Below are positions 27,978 through 40,156 of a stretch of DNA of 64,000 bases, in pieces. This DNA is from Malacoraja senta (taxonomy: Eukaryota), in contig CM075993.1 in NCBI GenBank assembly GCA_038087875.1, forward strand, positions 10,232,001 to 10,296,000, in the 5' to 3' direction. The notes beneath the pieces are model-generated. The model was not told the origin of the DNA and did no database searches. It worked only from the letters and a program-made list of their open reading frames with translations. The position numbers and the translations under genes are program-made. Within the stretch, counting starts at the first letter, position 1. Each line of letters opens with the position of its first letter.

Positions 27978-28893
27978 TCTACATAACTAAAACTCTGATC
28001 TTGTGCTCTTCCGGTTTGCGCGGTTTTTCTATTTGCGCAAAAACGGCACGCGATAGCGTTATGATTTTTTGCCAGCTCACTCACCGTTCTCCTGTGCTGC
28101 AAGTGTAGCAAGTTCTGATCGGTGGCATATTATAAAAGTTAGCGAGGTTCAAATATCTTAAAAACGGCGCGTTCGCAGATTGGTCTCCGATCCTGTCAGT
28201 CACCCGGGACGGCGACGCCCGGGCCAGGACAGCGACGCCCCTTCTGGCACACTGTCGCCGCACTGATTGGCCGGCTCCTCTGTCACAATAAAGCTGAAGG
28301 AGCGGAGCGAGCAGAGTGCGGAGCGGCCCAGAGCCTGGCCCACTGCTGCAACCTCGAGATTCTGGGGATTGAGGAGGGAGAGTGGGGGGATTGAGGGAGC
28401 AGGACACTGGTGGGGCCGGGGCCGAGTGCTGGTGGGGTCGGGCACTTGTGTGGCTGGGTGCACCGGCTCCCCTCCCGCTCCAGCCCCTTCCCCTCTGGTC
28501 CCCCTCGCTGGCTCCTGCACCCCTCCCCATGATACCCCCCTCTCCCCCATGGCTCTTCCCCCATTTTTTCTTCAGGTCCCTCCCTCCCCACACCTCCCTC
28601 CCTCACCCACACTCCCTCCCCCACACTCCCTCCCCCACCCCCACACCTCCAACGCCCACACACCGCTCCCCTTCTCCCCCTCCCCGCCCACATCCCCCTC
28701 CCCCCTCCCTCCCCCACCCCCTCCCCCCACCAACACACCCCTCTCCCGCCCACATCCCCCTCCCCCGCCCACACCCCCCTCCCCCGCCCACACCCCCCTC
28801 CCCCGCCCACACCCTTCCTTCTTTATTCTTGGTGGTATGTGGTTTTGAGTGTGTCTCTTATGGATGCCTGTACAAAATGGGATATTAGTATAG
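27978..28893 (+). mobile_element. Probable non-autonomous Helitron with internal C-rich low-complexity tract
   Basis: 5' TCTACATAACTAAAA; 3' cctgt-acaaa-atggg (CpG-decayed cccgt/acggg hairpin) followed 9 nt later by ATAG|T, a variant of CTAG|T. No TIR or TSD. Confidence 0.45.
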
Positions 28894-29690
28894 TTTAGTT
28901 TATCGTCACGTTTACCGAGGTACAGTGAAAAGCTTTTGTCGCGTGCTAACCAGCCAGCGGAAAGACAATTCGTTATTACAATCGAGCTGTTTACAGTGTA
29001 TAGATACATGATAAGGGAATAACGTTTAGTGCAAGGTAAAGCCAATAAAGTCCGATCAAAGATAGCCCAATGAGGTAGATAGCAGTTCAGCACTGCTCCC
29101 TAGTTGTGGTAGGATGATTCAGTTGCCTGATAACAGCTGGGAAGAAACTGTCCCTGTATCTGGAGGTGTGCGTTTTCACACTTCTGTACCTTTTGCCTGA
29201 TGGGAGAGGGGAGAAGAGGGAGTGGCCAGGGTGCGACTCGTCCTTGATTATGCTGCTGGCCTTGCCGAGGCAGCGTGAGGTGTAGATGGAGTCAATGGGA
29301 GGGAGGTTGGTTTGTGTGATGGTCTGGGCTGCGTCCACAATTCGCTGCAATTTCCTACGATCTTGGATGGAGCTGTTCCCAAACCGTGCTGTGATGTATC
29401 CCGAAAAAATGTTTTCTGCGGCGCATCTGCAGAAGTTGGTGAGAGTTGTTGGGGACAGTGCTTGCTTAGTCGTTGCTTGAATATGGGTTGTCCAGACATT
29501 GTTGGTTATATTGACTCCTAGGAACTTGAAGTTTTCAACCATCTCCACTTCCGCACCGTCGATGCAAACTGGGGTGTGAGTACCACTTCACTTCCTGAAG
29601 TCGATCACTATCTCCTTTGTCTTGCTGACATCGAGAGAAAGGTTGTTTTGTCTCGACACCAGGACACGAGGCTCTCAATCTCCCTCCTCT
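28894..29690 (-). mobile_element. Rex1/Babar-like LINE 3' fragment
   Basis: ORF 29087-29548: FKFLGVNIT...HPGHSLFSPLPSGKRYRS...SFFPAVIRQLN; AATAAA-like and (taaac)n tail. Confidence 0.8.
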
Positions 29691-31034
29691 GGCTCACTGC
29701 TGCACCAATCAGTGCTGGTAAGTTGAGATAGACACAAAAAGCTGGAGTAACTCAGCGGGACAAATCGTAGACACAAAGAGCTGGTGTAACTAGAGTTAGC
29801 TACATTCAGTCTAGCAGCTTTACCTCTGCTATTTGTCTAGGAAATCAGGAACATCCAACAGCTTGGAGACGCTACTCTCTGTATCCTGAAAAATCCCTTG
29901 GGTGACATTATTAAAAAACAAATTAGATAAGCAGTTGAATAATTTTGCTTCTGGGATCATTCTGTCTCTAAATGGCCTGCTGCTACATATTTATTACCGG
30001 TTGTAATGCAAGGACTTCCTGAGATCATAAGTACAACATTTCAGTCATTTCTAAAAGGATGCTAAATATTATTTTATTATTTCTCTTTACCAATATTTTC
30101 CTTTCTTGACGATGCAGAAACTCCATCTTGTATTGCATTCTAGTTATTTTTGCACGACTATTATTTATTTATTTGTATGAATTCCTTCATTTGTGAGACT
30201 TAGTCGCAGAAGTTGTATTTTGCGGTGCTTTTACTGGAGTAAAATGATTCCGATCCCTCGAGAGTGCATGGTCAAGATAACATTTTACATGGAGTAATAA
30301 TAAAAGATTTTCATTTTTACAATGCATTTCACAACCATTGTGCTTTGGGGCAAATCTCTTTATGGCCAATAAACATAATAAGTAGCAAATACAACATCTG
30401 CGTGGCACTGAGCGAGTTCTCCAAAAAACCCGTGACGTTGACCAAATTTTGATTGAGGTTCGAATAAAGGTCAGGACATGAGGGATAACTTTACAGCTTG
30501 TAACAGTCTTTTCGTCTGTGATAAATCAAAAGCAAGGTGCGTGAAATCGGAAGCAGGAAGTTCTGGGAACTGCAGGATGGGCAGTTACTGGATCATCTCG
30601 TTAACAGTTATAGAGTCATAGAGTGTGGAAACAGGCCCTTCTGCCCAACTTGCCCACACACCAGCCAACAAGTCCCATCTACACTAGTTCCACTTACTTG
30701 TGTTTGACCCATATCTCACCAAATCTGTCCTATCCATGTACCTGTCTAACTATTCCATTTGGAATATTTTGGAGGACCAAGAAACCAAGAACTGTTTCTT
30801 AAATGATGGGATAGTCCCAGCCTCAACTACCTCCTCTGGCAGCTTGTTCTATACACCCACCACCCTTTGTGTGAAAAAGTTACCCTTCAGATTCCAATTA
30901 AATATTTTCCCCTTCACCTTAACCCTATGTCCTCTGGTCCTCGATTCCCCTACTCTGGGCAAGAGATTCTGTGCATCTACCCGATTTTCATTGTTTCCCG
31001 TCAGTGCTTTTAAGTGATTTATTTTTTCTTTCAG

Positions 31035-31124
31035 CCAATGAACAAATGTCAAGCTCTGGTCCGAAGGGAATCTGTTGTTAATCTGGAGAACCTGAAGAAG
31101 TTGTACATCAGAAGGAGGTGGAAG
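31035..31124 (+). CDS. DAPK2: DAPK2 (DRP-1) autoregulatory exon: PMNKCQALVRRESVVNLENLKKLYIRRRWK
   Basis: Acceptor tttctttcag, donor gttggt; 90 nt, phase 0/0; matches the DAPK2 VRRESVVNLEN..RRRWK segment. Confidence 0.94.
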
Positions 31125-31222
31125 GTTGGTAACGTTCTACCGCCAGACCATTCATCACAATATCATCGCCACTTGCTGTTCCTATCAGAAGTGTTTCTAA
31201 TAAATCTCCCATTTCCTTACAG

Positions 31223-31306
31223 CTTACGTTTAGGATTGTATCATTTTGCAATCATTTGACTCGTTCATTCCTTAAGAATTCCTTAAGAAAGAAAGAAGAA
31301 ACTCTG
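31223..31306 (+). CDS. DAPK2: DAPK2 CaM-binding exon: LTFRIVSFCNHLTRSFLKNSLRKKEETL
   Basis: Acceptor tttccttacag, donor gtaagt; 84 nt, phase 0/0; matches LSFSIVSLCNHLTRS of mammalian DAPK2. Confidence 0.92.
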
Positions 31307-32416
31307 GTAAGTGGTGCAATATTAATGGACCTTACTTACCACAAGTATGTTTCCTGATTTTTAAAATATTGACCATAAAATATAAATAGCATCCCTTTCC
31401 CTTGGTTCTCTGGTCGAAATCATGCTATAACCAACTTAGCTTGCATAATACAAATAATGTTCTCTAATTCATCGATGACGTATGTGTCTAATTAAGGTTA
31501 TGGAAACACATTACATAGTAGAACCATAATGTGGGTTTCCATGACGCTAATTGGACCAACGCAATTGATGAATTGGCGAACATTATTTGTATTATGCCGC
31601 CCAAAGTAGTTATAATGTAATTTCGACCTGAGAACCACATAAAACTTGATGTGCAGAAAAATATGCTGTCTTCTATAAAAAAACAGTCAGGGCGGAGAAA
31701 AACACTGCTTCCATGTAACCTCCCCACCGTAATCAGACATCATTGCTAGTTTCACAGTGGGTGGTCATTAAAAATGACAAATGATCACTTCTAGTGACAC
31801 TTGTGCTAGGATAACACAAATTAAACAATGTAACATACACCTTTAGTGTACAGTAGCAAAAATAAACATCAGATCCCACCTTGCACCCTTTTCTCTTCTC
31901 CACTTCACCTCCAGCTATGGTTACTCTCTCCTCCCTTCTCTCCCTCACTTGACTCATTGCAAATCAACCCGTCCTCCCAGTCGCCGGCCATTTCCACACC
32001 CCTTCCCCTCACCTCCACCAGTGAGCTTTCTCCCCCCCATCTCCACCAGTCTGAAGAAGCGTCCCGTCCTGAAGTGTCCTCTGACCAGTACCCTCTACAG
32101 ATGCTTAAGAAGGAACTGCAGATGCTGGAAAATCGAAAGTAGACAAAAATGCTGGAGAAACCCAGCGGGTGAGGCAGCATCTATGGAGTGAAGGAAATAG
32201 GCGACGTTTCCGGTCGAGACCCTTCTTCAAATTGAAGAGTCTGAAGAAGGGTCTCGACCGGAAACGTCACCTATTCCTTCGCTCCATAGATGCTGCCTCA
32301 CCCGCTGAGTTTCCCCAGCATTTTTGTCTACCCTCTACAGATGCTGTCTGATCCGTTTAGTTCCACCAGAAGTTTGTTTTTTCACTCAAGCTCCCAGCAT
32401 CTGCAGTCCCCTTTCA

Positions 32417-32797
32417 TGATACGGTAGAACTTAATTTATCCCAGAGGGAAATTAATCTGCCAACAGGCATAAAACACAACATACATGAAACATTAAATTA
32501 AAGTGACGAGTGGAAAGGATTGGGGATGTGCAAAGATTGGGGAGGGGAGTCAGTCCACCCCACGACAGAAGGGGGAGGAGTTGTACAGTTTGATAACCAC
32601 AGGAGGGAAGGATCTCCTGTGGCGTTCTGTGCTGCATCTTGGTGGAACCAGTCTGTTGCTGAAGGTGCTCCTCAGGTTGACCAGTGTGTCATGGAGGGGG
32701 TGAGCTGTATTGTCCAGGAGGCTCCGCAGTTTGAGGAGCATCCTCCCCTCCAAGACCCACCTCCCATGAATTCAACTCCGCCCCCAGGACGGAGCCA
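32417..32797 (-). mobile_element. Rex1/Babar-like LINE 3' fragment just upstream of the last DAPK2 exon
   Basis: HPLHDTL...RLVPPRCSTERHRRSF..IKLYNSS; homologous copies at 60972-61255(+) and 61722-62121(+). Confidence 0.8.
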
Positions 32798-32824
32798 ACA
32801 ATGACGCTGTTCTTTTGGTTGCAG

Positions 32825-32905
32825 AGAGCGTATGAAAGTGACAATGAAGACAATGGTATCAAAAGAAGAGTAAGCAGGCCAAGGAGACGCAGCAGCACGT
32901 CATAA
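32825..32905 (+). CDS. DAPK2: DAPK2 terminal coding exon: RAYESDNEDNGIKRRVSRPRRRSSTS*
   Basis: Acceptor tcttttggttgcag; ends in the DAPK2-specific PRRRSSTS (14-3-3-binding tail) and TAA at 32903-32905. Confidence 0.93.
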   Translation, partial: RAYESDNEDNGIKRRVSRPRRRSSTS

Positions 32906-35900
32906 ATCGATATGTGGAGGTGTTGCCTTGAAGAGAGCAAGCCTGAGGGTTATCCCTGTAACGTGCTAGGATCAACAGGCCTGGACCCGCATCAAAGCTA
33001 CTTCTGCCTGTTGGTGGGTTGGGCTCAGTGGATGGACGAAGCCACTTTTAAGTGTAGAGATCGGTTTAGTTATGAGAGGCCGTGTTACAAAGGGTCATGC
33101 TTTCTTTAATAAGGCACTTGGAAAAGAAAAGTGTGCAATACATGTTTAGTATAATTCATCGTGAAAATATTTGTTTCTGTTTCGGCAAACCTTTTAAAGT
33201 CTGGACTTGTTGAAATACCGTTCTTGTGATTGCTCCAACACTCGCGCCACTGAGCAGTGAGAGGTGGCTCAGTGCCAGTGTGAACGCTCCTCATATCAAC
33301 AATGTCACCGTGGATGGTCTGTGTGGCATCGAACACACGGCCATGTGCAAACAGAGCTGGGGTAGAGGGAGGGGAAGGGATAAAGGAATGGGAGACACTA
33401 TAGATTTAGTAAGGCTCTGTTAAATGTGTAGGCCCTACAGTAACAGCAGTGGTATTTGATTGTGGGTGAGTGCTGGACTAAACCTGCTGTCGGATAGTCA
33501 CGTGCAAACGTCCCTTGCATGCTGAGGCAGAATAAACCACAGCCAACAGCTATAAGTGTAGATCACAACATGGATAGGACATTAGTGAGAGGCAGGCAAC
33601 AAAATGCTGGGGTCACAATGTCTGATTTCAACTAATGTTTATTTTTATATAATCGTAGCTTTAGATTTTTAAAATAAAAACATTATCGGCGAAACAAAGT
33701 TTTATTTGGCACAACATAATAAGGTGTGAGATAAGTCTGTTGAAAGTCAGATGAACTAATACTGGTGTGTACGTACTGTCATCAGTCTGGCCCGTTCACA
33801 ATGTTGAACAGCGTGTTTTACGCTCTTGCATGTGTGGACACTGTTCCAGATTAATGGGTTAAAGTCTGCATAAAGCGCTGAGTCATCCTTATTGATAAAT
33901 GTGTACGGATCCACAGTTTATATAATTAAAGAGTGGACAATAAATACCAACTGTGTGACTTACACAACATGAACAAAGATATCAAGAGCATTGGCAGATG
34001 GGAAGGAGCTGGACTTCAGCGCAGAGTTTTAGCCATGGAGGCAGGAGGGGCTTGCTCCTCCATAAGCCTAGAAATTACCCAGTTAAGGTCTCAAACATTG
34101 TCATTGCTAAATCCTATGGATATGAATAATGTGGATGTAATGTTGTCAAGTTGCACATGCAGCAGGCATTAAAATGCGTTGGTTGTTCAGCTCAGTATAA
34201 GTGCTGAGGTTGTGTGTAGGGAGATCTAAATAAACTAGTTGCCACTCACACTGTCACTGAGCTTCTCATATGTTTCTGAATCATTGATGTGAGAGACATG
34301 GATGAGCACTAACTATGTCACTTTCTCCAGAGTGATTATATCTGCTGTCAATGAGCCGTCAGTTTTGTCTGATCTTTCTGTTTTTAATGAAACCCTGTGT
34401 GATGCGTTGGATTCTCCACTGTGACATAGAGAACTGGTGATCTATCCTGTGGGTTGTTACTGCCTCTCCATGCAGTTTGTGCATCGTTGGCTGTTTTAAC
34501 TTGGCAATGGAGGATCTCACTGCAGTCACATTCACTGCAAATGTACCCAAACTGAAAACAACTTTCTTATTCTCAAACACACACAACACAACAGAAATGT
34601 GCAATCTAAACCCCTTACCTCTCCAACACACAACATCAAACCATAGCAATTAGTCACCAGTTCACAAGTTATAGGAGTAGAATTAGGCCATTCGGCCCAT
34701 CGAGTCCACTCCGCCATTCAATCGTGGCTGATCTCGGCCTCCTAATCCCATTTTCCTGCCATCTTCCCATAACCCTTGACACCCGTTCTAATCAAGAATT
34801 TGTCTATCTCTGCCTTAAAAATATCCACTGACTTGGCCTCCACAACCCTCTGTGGCAATGAGTTCCACAGATTAACTACCCTCTGACTAAAGAAGTTCCT
34901 CCTCACCTCCTTTCTAAAAGAGCACCATTTAATTCTGAGCCTGTGACCTCTGGTCCTAGACTCTCACACCAGTGGAGGCAGGAATTTGTAGAAAATTACA
35001 ATTAATATATTTGCAATAAACTAAGAGCCAGAATGGGTCTTAAAGAAATCTATTAATTACATCATGTACCGGTCCTACTTGCTCAAGAAGGTTTTGTCCC
35101 GCAAAATCAATTACTAGTTAAAGCTGTGTTTTAGCAATTCATTAATTTTCCAGAGGCATGTACTAAGTAAAGACAGCTGTGACTTTACTTTCTCAAAACA
35201 GAGGACATTTTAATTGTTCAGCTTCAAGTTTCTGTGCACCTGATGCTCTGTGTAGTTGTCCATGAATGACTTTCACGTTCGATCCGATTTTATTCATGCT
35301 ATCTTGGAGAGATGCTGGAGCTTCTTTTTGCAGAAAACAATATTTAACTTAAAAATTATGCGCTGTTCAAAAATTAAAATCCATTCTTCCCTCAGCAAAG
35401 AAACAGGACTATGAGCAAGCAGATGGAATAGATTATATCACTTCCATGCGATGGTGCAAGCTAAGGACTATGCAATAGAGCGGGTGCAGAAGATATTCGC
35501 CAGGTTGTTGCCTTCATTGGAGGACTTTGGGAAGAGTTTAGATAGGTTGGGCTTGTTTTCCCTGGAGTAAACGAGGCTGAGGGGTGACCTGATGAAAGAT
35601 TATCAGAGACATTGACTTGGTGGATAACCAGAATCTTTTTTCCCATGGTAGGGTTATCAAACACAAGAAGGCACAGTTTTAGAGGTGGGAGGTAGATGAT
35701 TTAATAGGGATTTTAAGGCTAAACCTATTTGCACAGAGACTGCGTTATTTCTAGAACACACAGCCAGAGGAGGTGGTGGGATTAAATACCAGGATTGTGA
35801 ATAGCACACCAGAGTCAGGCGGTGAGCTCAACCTGTCCAGCATGCCAGCTTTGTTTGCCATCACTTGGGATTATTTCCATTGGAAAAAATCTCCTTTGCC

Positions 35901-36444
35901 AGGTGTTCACATCAGCCTGTCTAAACTATTTGCACAAAATATTCTTCTGCCAGGTTTCATCAACAGAAACATTTGCGATGACAGACAGCAATATCCGAAT
36001 ATCTAAGAATCATCACAGCTTTAACCTTTACTTCAATCGTTACAGCATTATAATCTCACCAGCAAGTGACTGTCCCCAGGATCACACTGCGTCTTGCTGC
36101 TGCCTTTCATTTAATATTAACCTAGATACATATTTTTTTAAATTAGCAGTATAGAGTTCTAAATTAACCTGAAATTTGGAATAAATTTCAATATTTGTTC
36201 ATTATATGTGTATTTAACACTGATAAACTATATAACGTGACAATTGTAGAACTGATGTGTACAATATTTTTAATCCTGTGAACATATTAAAAGTTTGACA
36301 AAGGTTAGAATAGATAAACCCAAACTCATGATACGGAGCAGGGATTTGTTTCTTTGTGATATTAATTAAAGCTGTCTCCACCCGGGTATTGAACTGTGTA
36401 TATATTAAGAATTTGATTGAAATTTTGTACAGTATTTTTCTATA

Positions 36445-36450
36445 AATAAA
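36445..36450 (+). terminator. Candidate distal poly(A) signal of DAPK2 (CaM isoform)
   Basis: AATAAA in an AU-rich, non-repetitive block with upstream TGTA motifs (tttgtacagtatttttctataaataaa). Other AATAAA hexamers lie closer to the stop (e.g. 33531), so the site used is uncertain. Confidence 0.4.
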
Positions 36451-38310
36451 GTTCTGAATATTCATTGTCAATATACAGGCCTATTTATTCTCTTCCTCCA
36501 AATCTTACAGAAACAAATCCCTTGCACTGTTTCCTAATAATATCTTCATTACAGGCAGAAACATAGAAAATACGTACAGGAGGAGGCCATTCGGCCCTTC
36601 GAGCCAGCACCGCCATTCATTGTGATCATGGCTGATCGTCCCAAATCAATAACCCGTGCCTGCCTTCTCCCAATATCCCTTGACTCCACTAGCCCCTAGA
36701 GCTCTATCTAACTCTCTCTTAAATCCATCCAGTGATTTGGCCTCCACTGCCCTCTGTGGCAGGGAATTCCACAAATTCACAACTCTCTGGGTGAAAAAGG
36801 TACAATGAAAATCTTACGTAAGATGGTCGTACAAATCTGATTACAGTGGTACTGGAGAGGACAGTCGGAGGGACAACTTCTATCAAGGCTTTCTGCATGG
36901 AACCCAAAATAAGAAGGGGATGATCGCTTTGATGGGATTGTCCTCTTGGGTCTCTAATAGTCAGCGAGAATTAGGGGAACAAATTTGCAGGGAGATTGAA
37001 AATACCCGTAGGAGTAATAGGAATGTAATAATTGGTGATTTTAATTTTTCTAATATTTACAGTCCTGCCATTGTGCTGAGGGATTAGATGAGGCAGAATT
37101 CATCAGTGTGTCTAGGAATGGTTTCTCAAGCAACAAGTACATGCCCGGTTTAAAGCAGCATCTGCAGTTCCTTCCTACCCAATCAGGGAACTACAGACTG
37201 GTGAGCCTAACGTCAGTGGTGGGTAAGTTACTCGGGGGGGGGGGGGGGGTTTGAAGGAAAGCATTTATTTGAATTTATATAGGCAAAGACTGACTAGAGC
37301 CAGCATGGCTTTATTTTCACAAAATTGATTGAGCTTTTTGAGGAGGTCACCAAGAGGGTTACGGAGCCAGGCCTTTGACAAGGTCCCACATGGTAGCTGG
37401 TCCATAAAGTCAAAATACATGGGATTCAGGGCTCAGTGATATGAGATGGTGAGAGCTAGGGTGGATTGGAGACTTGTGACGACTGTTGTGCTGCAGGGAT
37501 CGGTGCTGGGTTTCTAATTGTGTATATTAATGATTCGGAAAAGAATACAGGTGGCATGATTAGCAGTTTTGTAGATGAACCAAAATTCGGAAGAATAAAC
37601 GGTGAAGAATGCTGTCTATGGTTTCAACAGGATCTGGATCAACTAAGAGGGGCAAGTTGGACCAAAGGGTTTGTTTCCATGCTGAAGAACTATGAGTCTA
37701 CAATACAGAATAATACAAGCCACACACTGAACGGTGTGATGAATAGATGGTGTGATAAAGGAAGAGTGAGCGGAGGAGTATTGCCGCAGAATCAACTGAC
37801 CTAGAATGACTGGTGAAGACCAGTAGTTTAGTTTCGAGATACAACACGGAAGCAGGCCCTTCGACCCACCGAGTCCGTACCGACCAGCGACCCCCGCATA
37901 TTAGGCAAACAGTAGGGACAATTTTACATTTATACTAAGCTAATTAACCTACAAACCTGCACGTCTTTGGAGTGTGGGAGGGAACCGAACGTCTCGGAGA
38001 AAACCCACGCAGGTCACGGGGAAAACGTACAAACTCCGTACAGACAGCACCCGTAGTCAGGATCGAACCTGGGTCCCTGGTGCTGGAATGCAGCAACTCT
38101 ACCAGTGCGCCACCTACAAGGAAACGGTTTATTTCGGGAACATGCCACAGAGATTCTCCAGATGGATCTCTGTAGTAAAACCATAAACAATACTCGTTTT
38201 TCAAAGTCATAATCGTTTTTCATTCTAGAATTTTTTTTTTATTGCTGAAAATAAAATATGTGAAACTGAATTTACCGTCTCCCAATAACTGATATTGATA
38301 GTCATCCAAT

Positions 38311-39142
38311 GTAGACAAAAATGCTGCAGAAACTCAGCGGGTGAGGCAGCACCTATGGAGCGAAGGAATAGGTGAAGTTTCGGGTCGAGACCCTTCTTCA
38401 GACTGATATGGGGGTGGGGGGGGGGGGGGGGAGAAGAAAGGAAGACGCGGAGATAGTAGACTGTGGGAGAGCTGGGAAGGGGAGGGGAAGGAGGGAGAAA
38501 GCAAGGACTACCTGAAATTGGAGGTCAATGTTCATACCGCTGGGGTGTAAACTACACCAGCGAAATATGAGGTGCTGTTACTCCAATTTGCGGTGGGACT
38601 CACTCTGGCCATGGAGGAGGCCCAGGACAGAAAGGTCGGATTCGGAATGGGAGGTGGAGTTGAAGTGCTGAGCCACCGGGAGATCAGGTTGGTTAGTGCG
38701 AACCGAGCCGAGGTTTTGGGCGAAGCGATCGCCAAGCCTGCGCTTGGTTTCACCGATGTAGAGCAGTTGACACCTAGAGCAGTGGATGCAATAGATGAGG
38801 TTGGAGGAGGTGCAGGTGAACCTCTGCCTCACCTGGAAAGACTGCTTGGTTCCTTGGATGGAGTCGAGGGGGGAGGTAAAGCGACAAGTGTAGCATTTCC
38901 TGCGGTTGCAAGGGAAAGTACTCGGTGAGGGGATGGTTTGGGTGGGAAGGGACGAATTGACCAAGGAGTTACGGAGGGAGCGGTCTCTACGGAAAGCCGA
39001 AAGGGGAGGAGATGGGAAGATGTGGCCAGTGGTGGGATCCCGTTGGAGGTGGCGAAAATGTCGGAGGATTATCTGTTGTATGTGACGGCTGGTAGGGTGG
39101 AAGGTGAGGACAAGGGGGACTCTGTCCTTGTTACGAGTGGGG
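38311..39142 (-). mobile_element. Penelope-like element 3' fragment (GIY-YIG endonuclease plus tail)
   Basis: FTCTSSNLIYCIHCSRCQLLYIGETKRRLGDRF; tail with ctgaagaagggtctcgacccgaaac. Confidence 0.88.
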
Positions 39143-40128
39143 GTCCCATGTCATTGGTGAAGCAGCTGCTTTACAGAAAAACAGAGAGGGGGATAAGACA
39201 ACACTAGTGCAGCGGGTAGAGCTGCTGCCTCAGTGCCAGAGACCCTGATTCGATCCTGACCTTGGGTATTGTCTGTGTGGAGTTTGCATTTTCTCCCTGT
39301 GACCATGTGGGTTTCCTCCAGGTGCTCCGGTTTCCTCCCATATCCCATAGATGTATAGATTATTGGGTAAATTGGCCTCTGAAAATTGCCCCTAGTGTGT
39401 CGGGAGTGTAAAGTGGGATAACTTAGAAGTAGCGTGAAAGAGTGATTGATAGTTAGCATAGACTCGGTGAGCTGAAGGGCCTGTTTCCATTCTGTATCTC
39501 TAAACTAATAATTGGTCATTATGATCAATGCTGCATGGAGCGGCTGAAACTAACAGCATTCTCCAGTGATATTCTCCACAGGGTTAGAAAATGATTACTG
39601 GCCTTCCAGATCCTGGAAATGAATAAGAAAATTACGCATTTCCAATATAAATTGCAACATTTTATGCTTCAATTAATGAATTGGCAATTAGGTGAAGTAC
39701 ATCTTGTACTGAAGACAACAATATTCACTTATGAATGTCTCTTTGTTAAAGAGAGAGTTTTACCAATGAACCATTTGGAGATACTTAGCGATACTTCGGC
39801 CCACTGATTCCACACTGACCAGCGATCCTCACACATTAACACTATCCTACACACTCCAGAGGGTGTACTGGGAGAAAACCCACGCGGTCACGGGGAGAAT
39901 GCAACACTCCGTACAGACAGCACCCGTAGTCAGGATCGAACCCGGGTCTCTGGCGCTGTGAGGCAGCAACTCTACCGCTGCGCCACCGTGTGAAATAGCT
40001 CCAGAATAAAAATAAACTCACTAATATAAGACCAGCTTTATGAAATAAACATAGTTTTCAAAATATTGGTATGATTTCCAGGTGGCAAGCGCTGCTGGTC
40101 CGTATCATGGCACACAGGCACTGCAAGC

Positions 40129-40156
40129 CAAAGATTCTATAACGATAGGATCTTTG
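40129..40156. mobile_element. 28-bp hAT-type remnant (two fused TIR ends) with 8-bp TSD
   Basis: caaagattctat-aacg-ataggatctttg flanked by ctgcaagc at 40121-40128 and 40157-40164; same termini as 44296-44603. Confidence 0.8.

Noticed and set aside
28081..29093. Pro-rich and Gly-rich ORFs
   Set aside because: Products of C-run low-complexity sequence; no splice or homology support.
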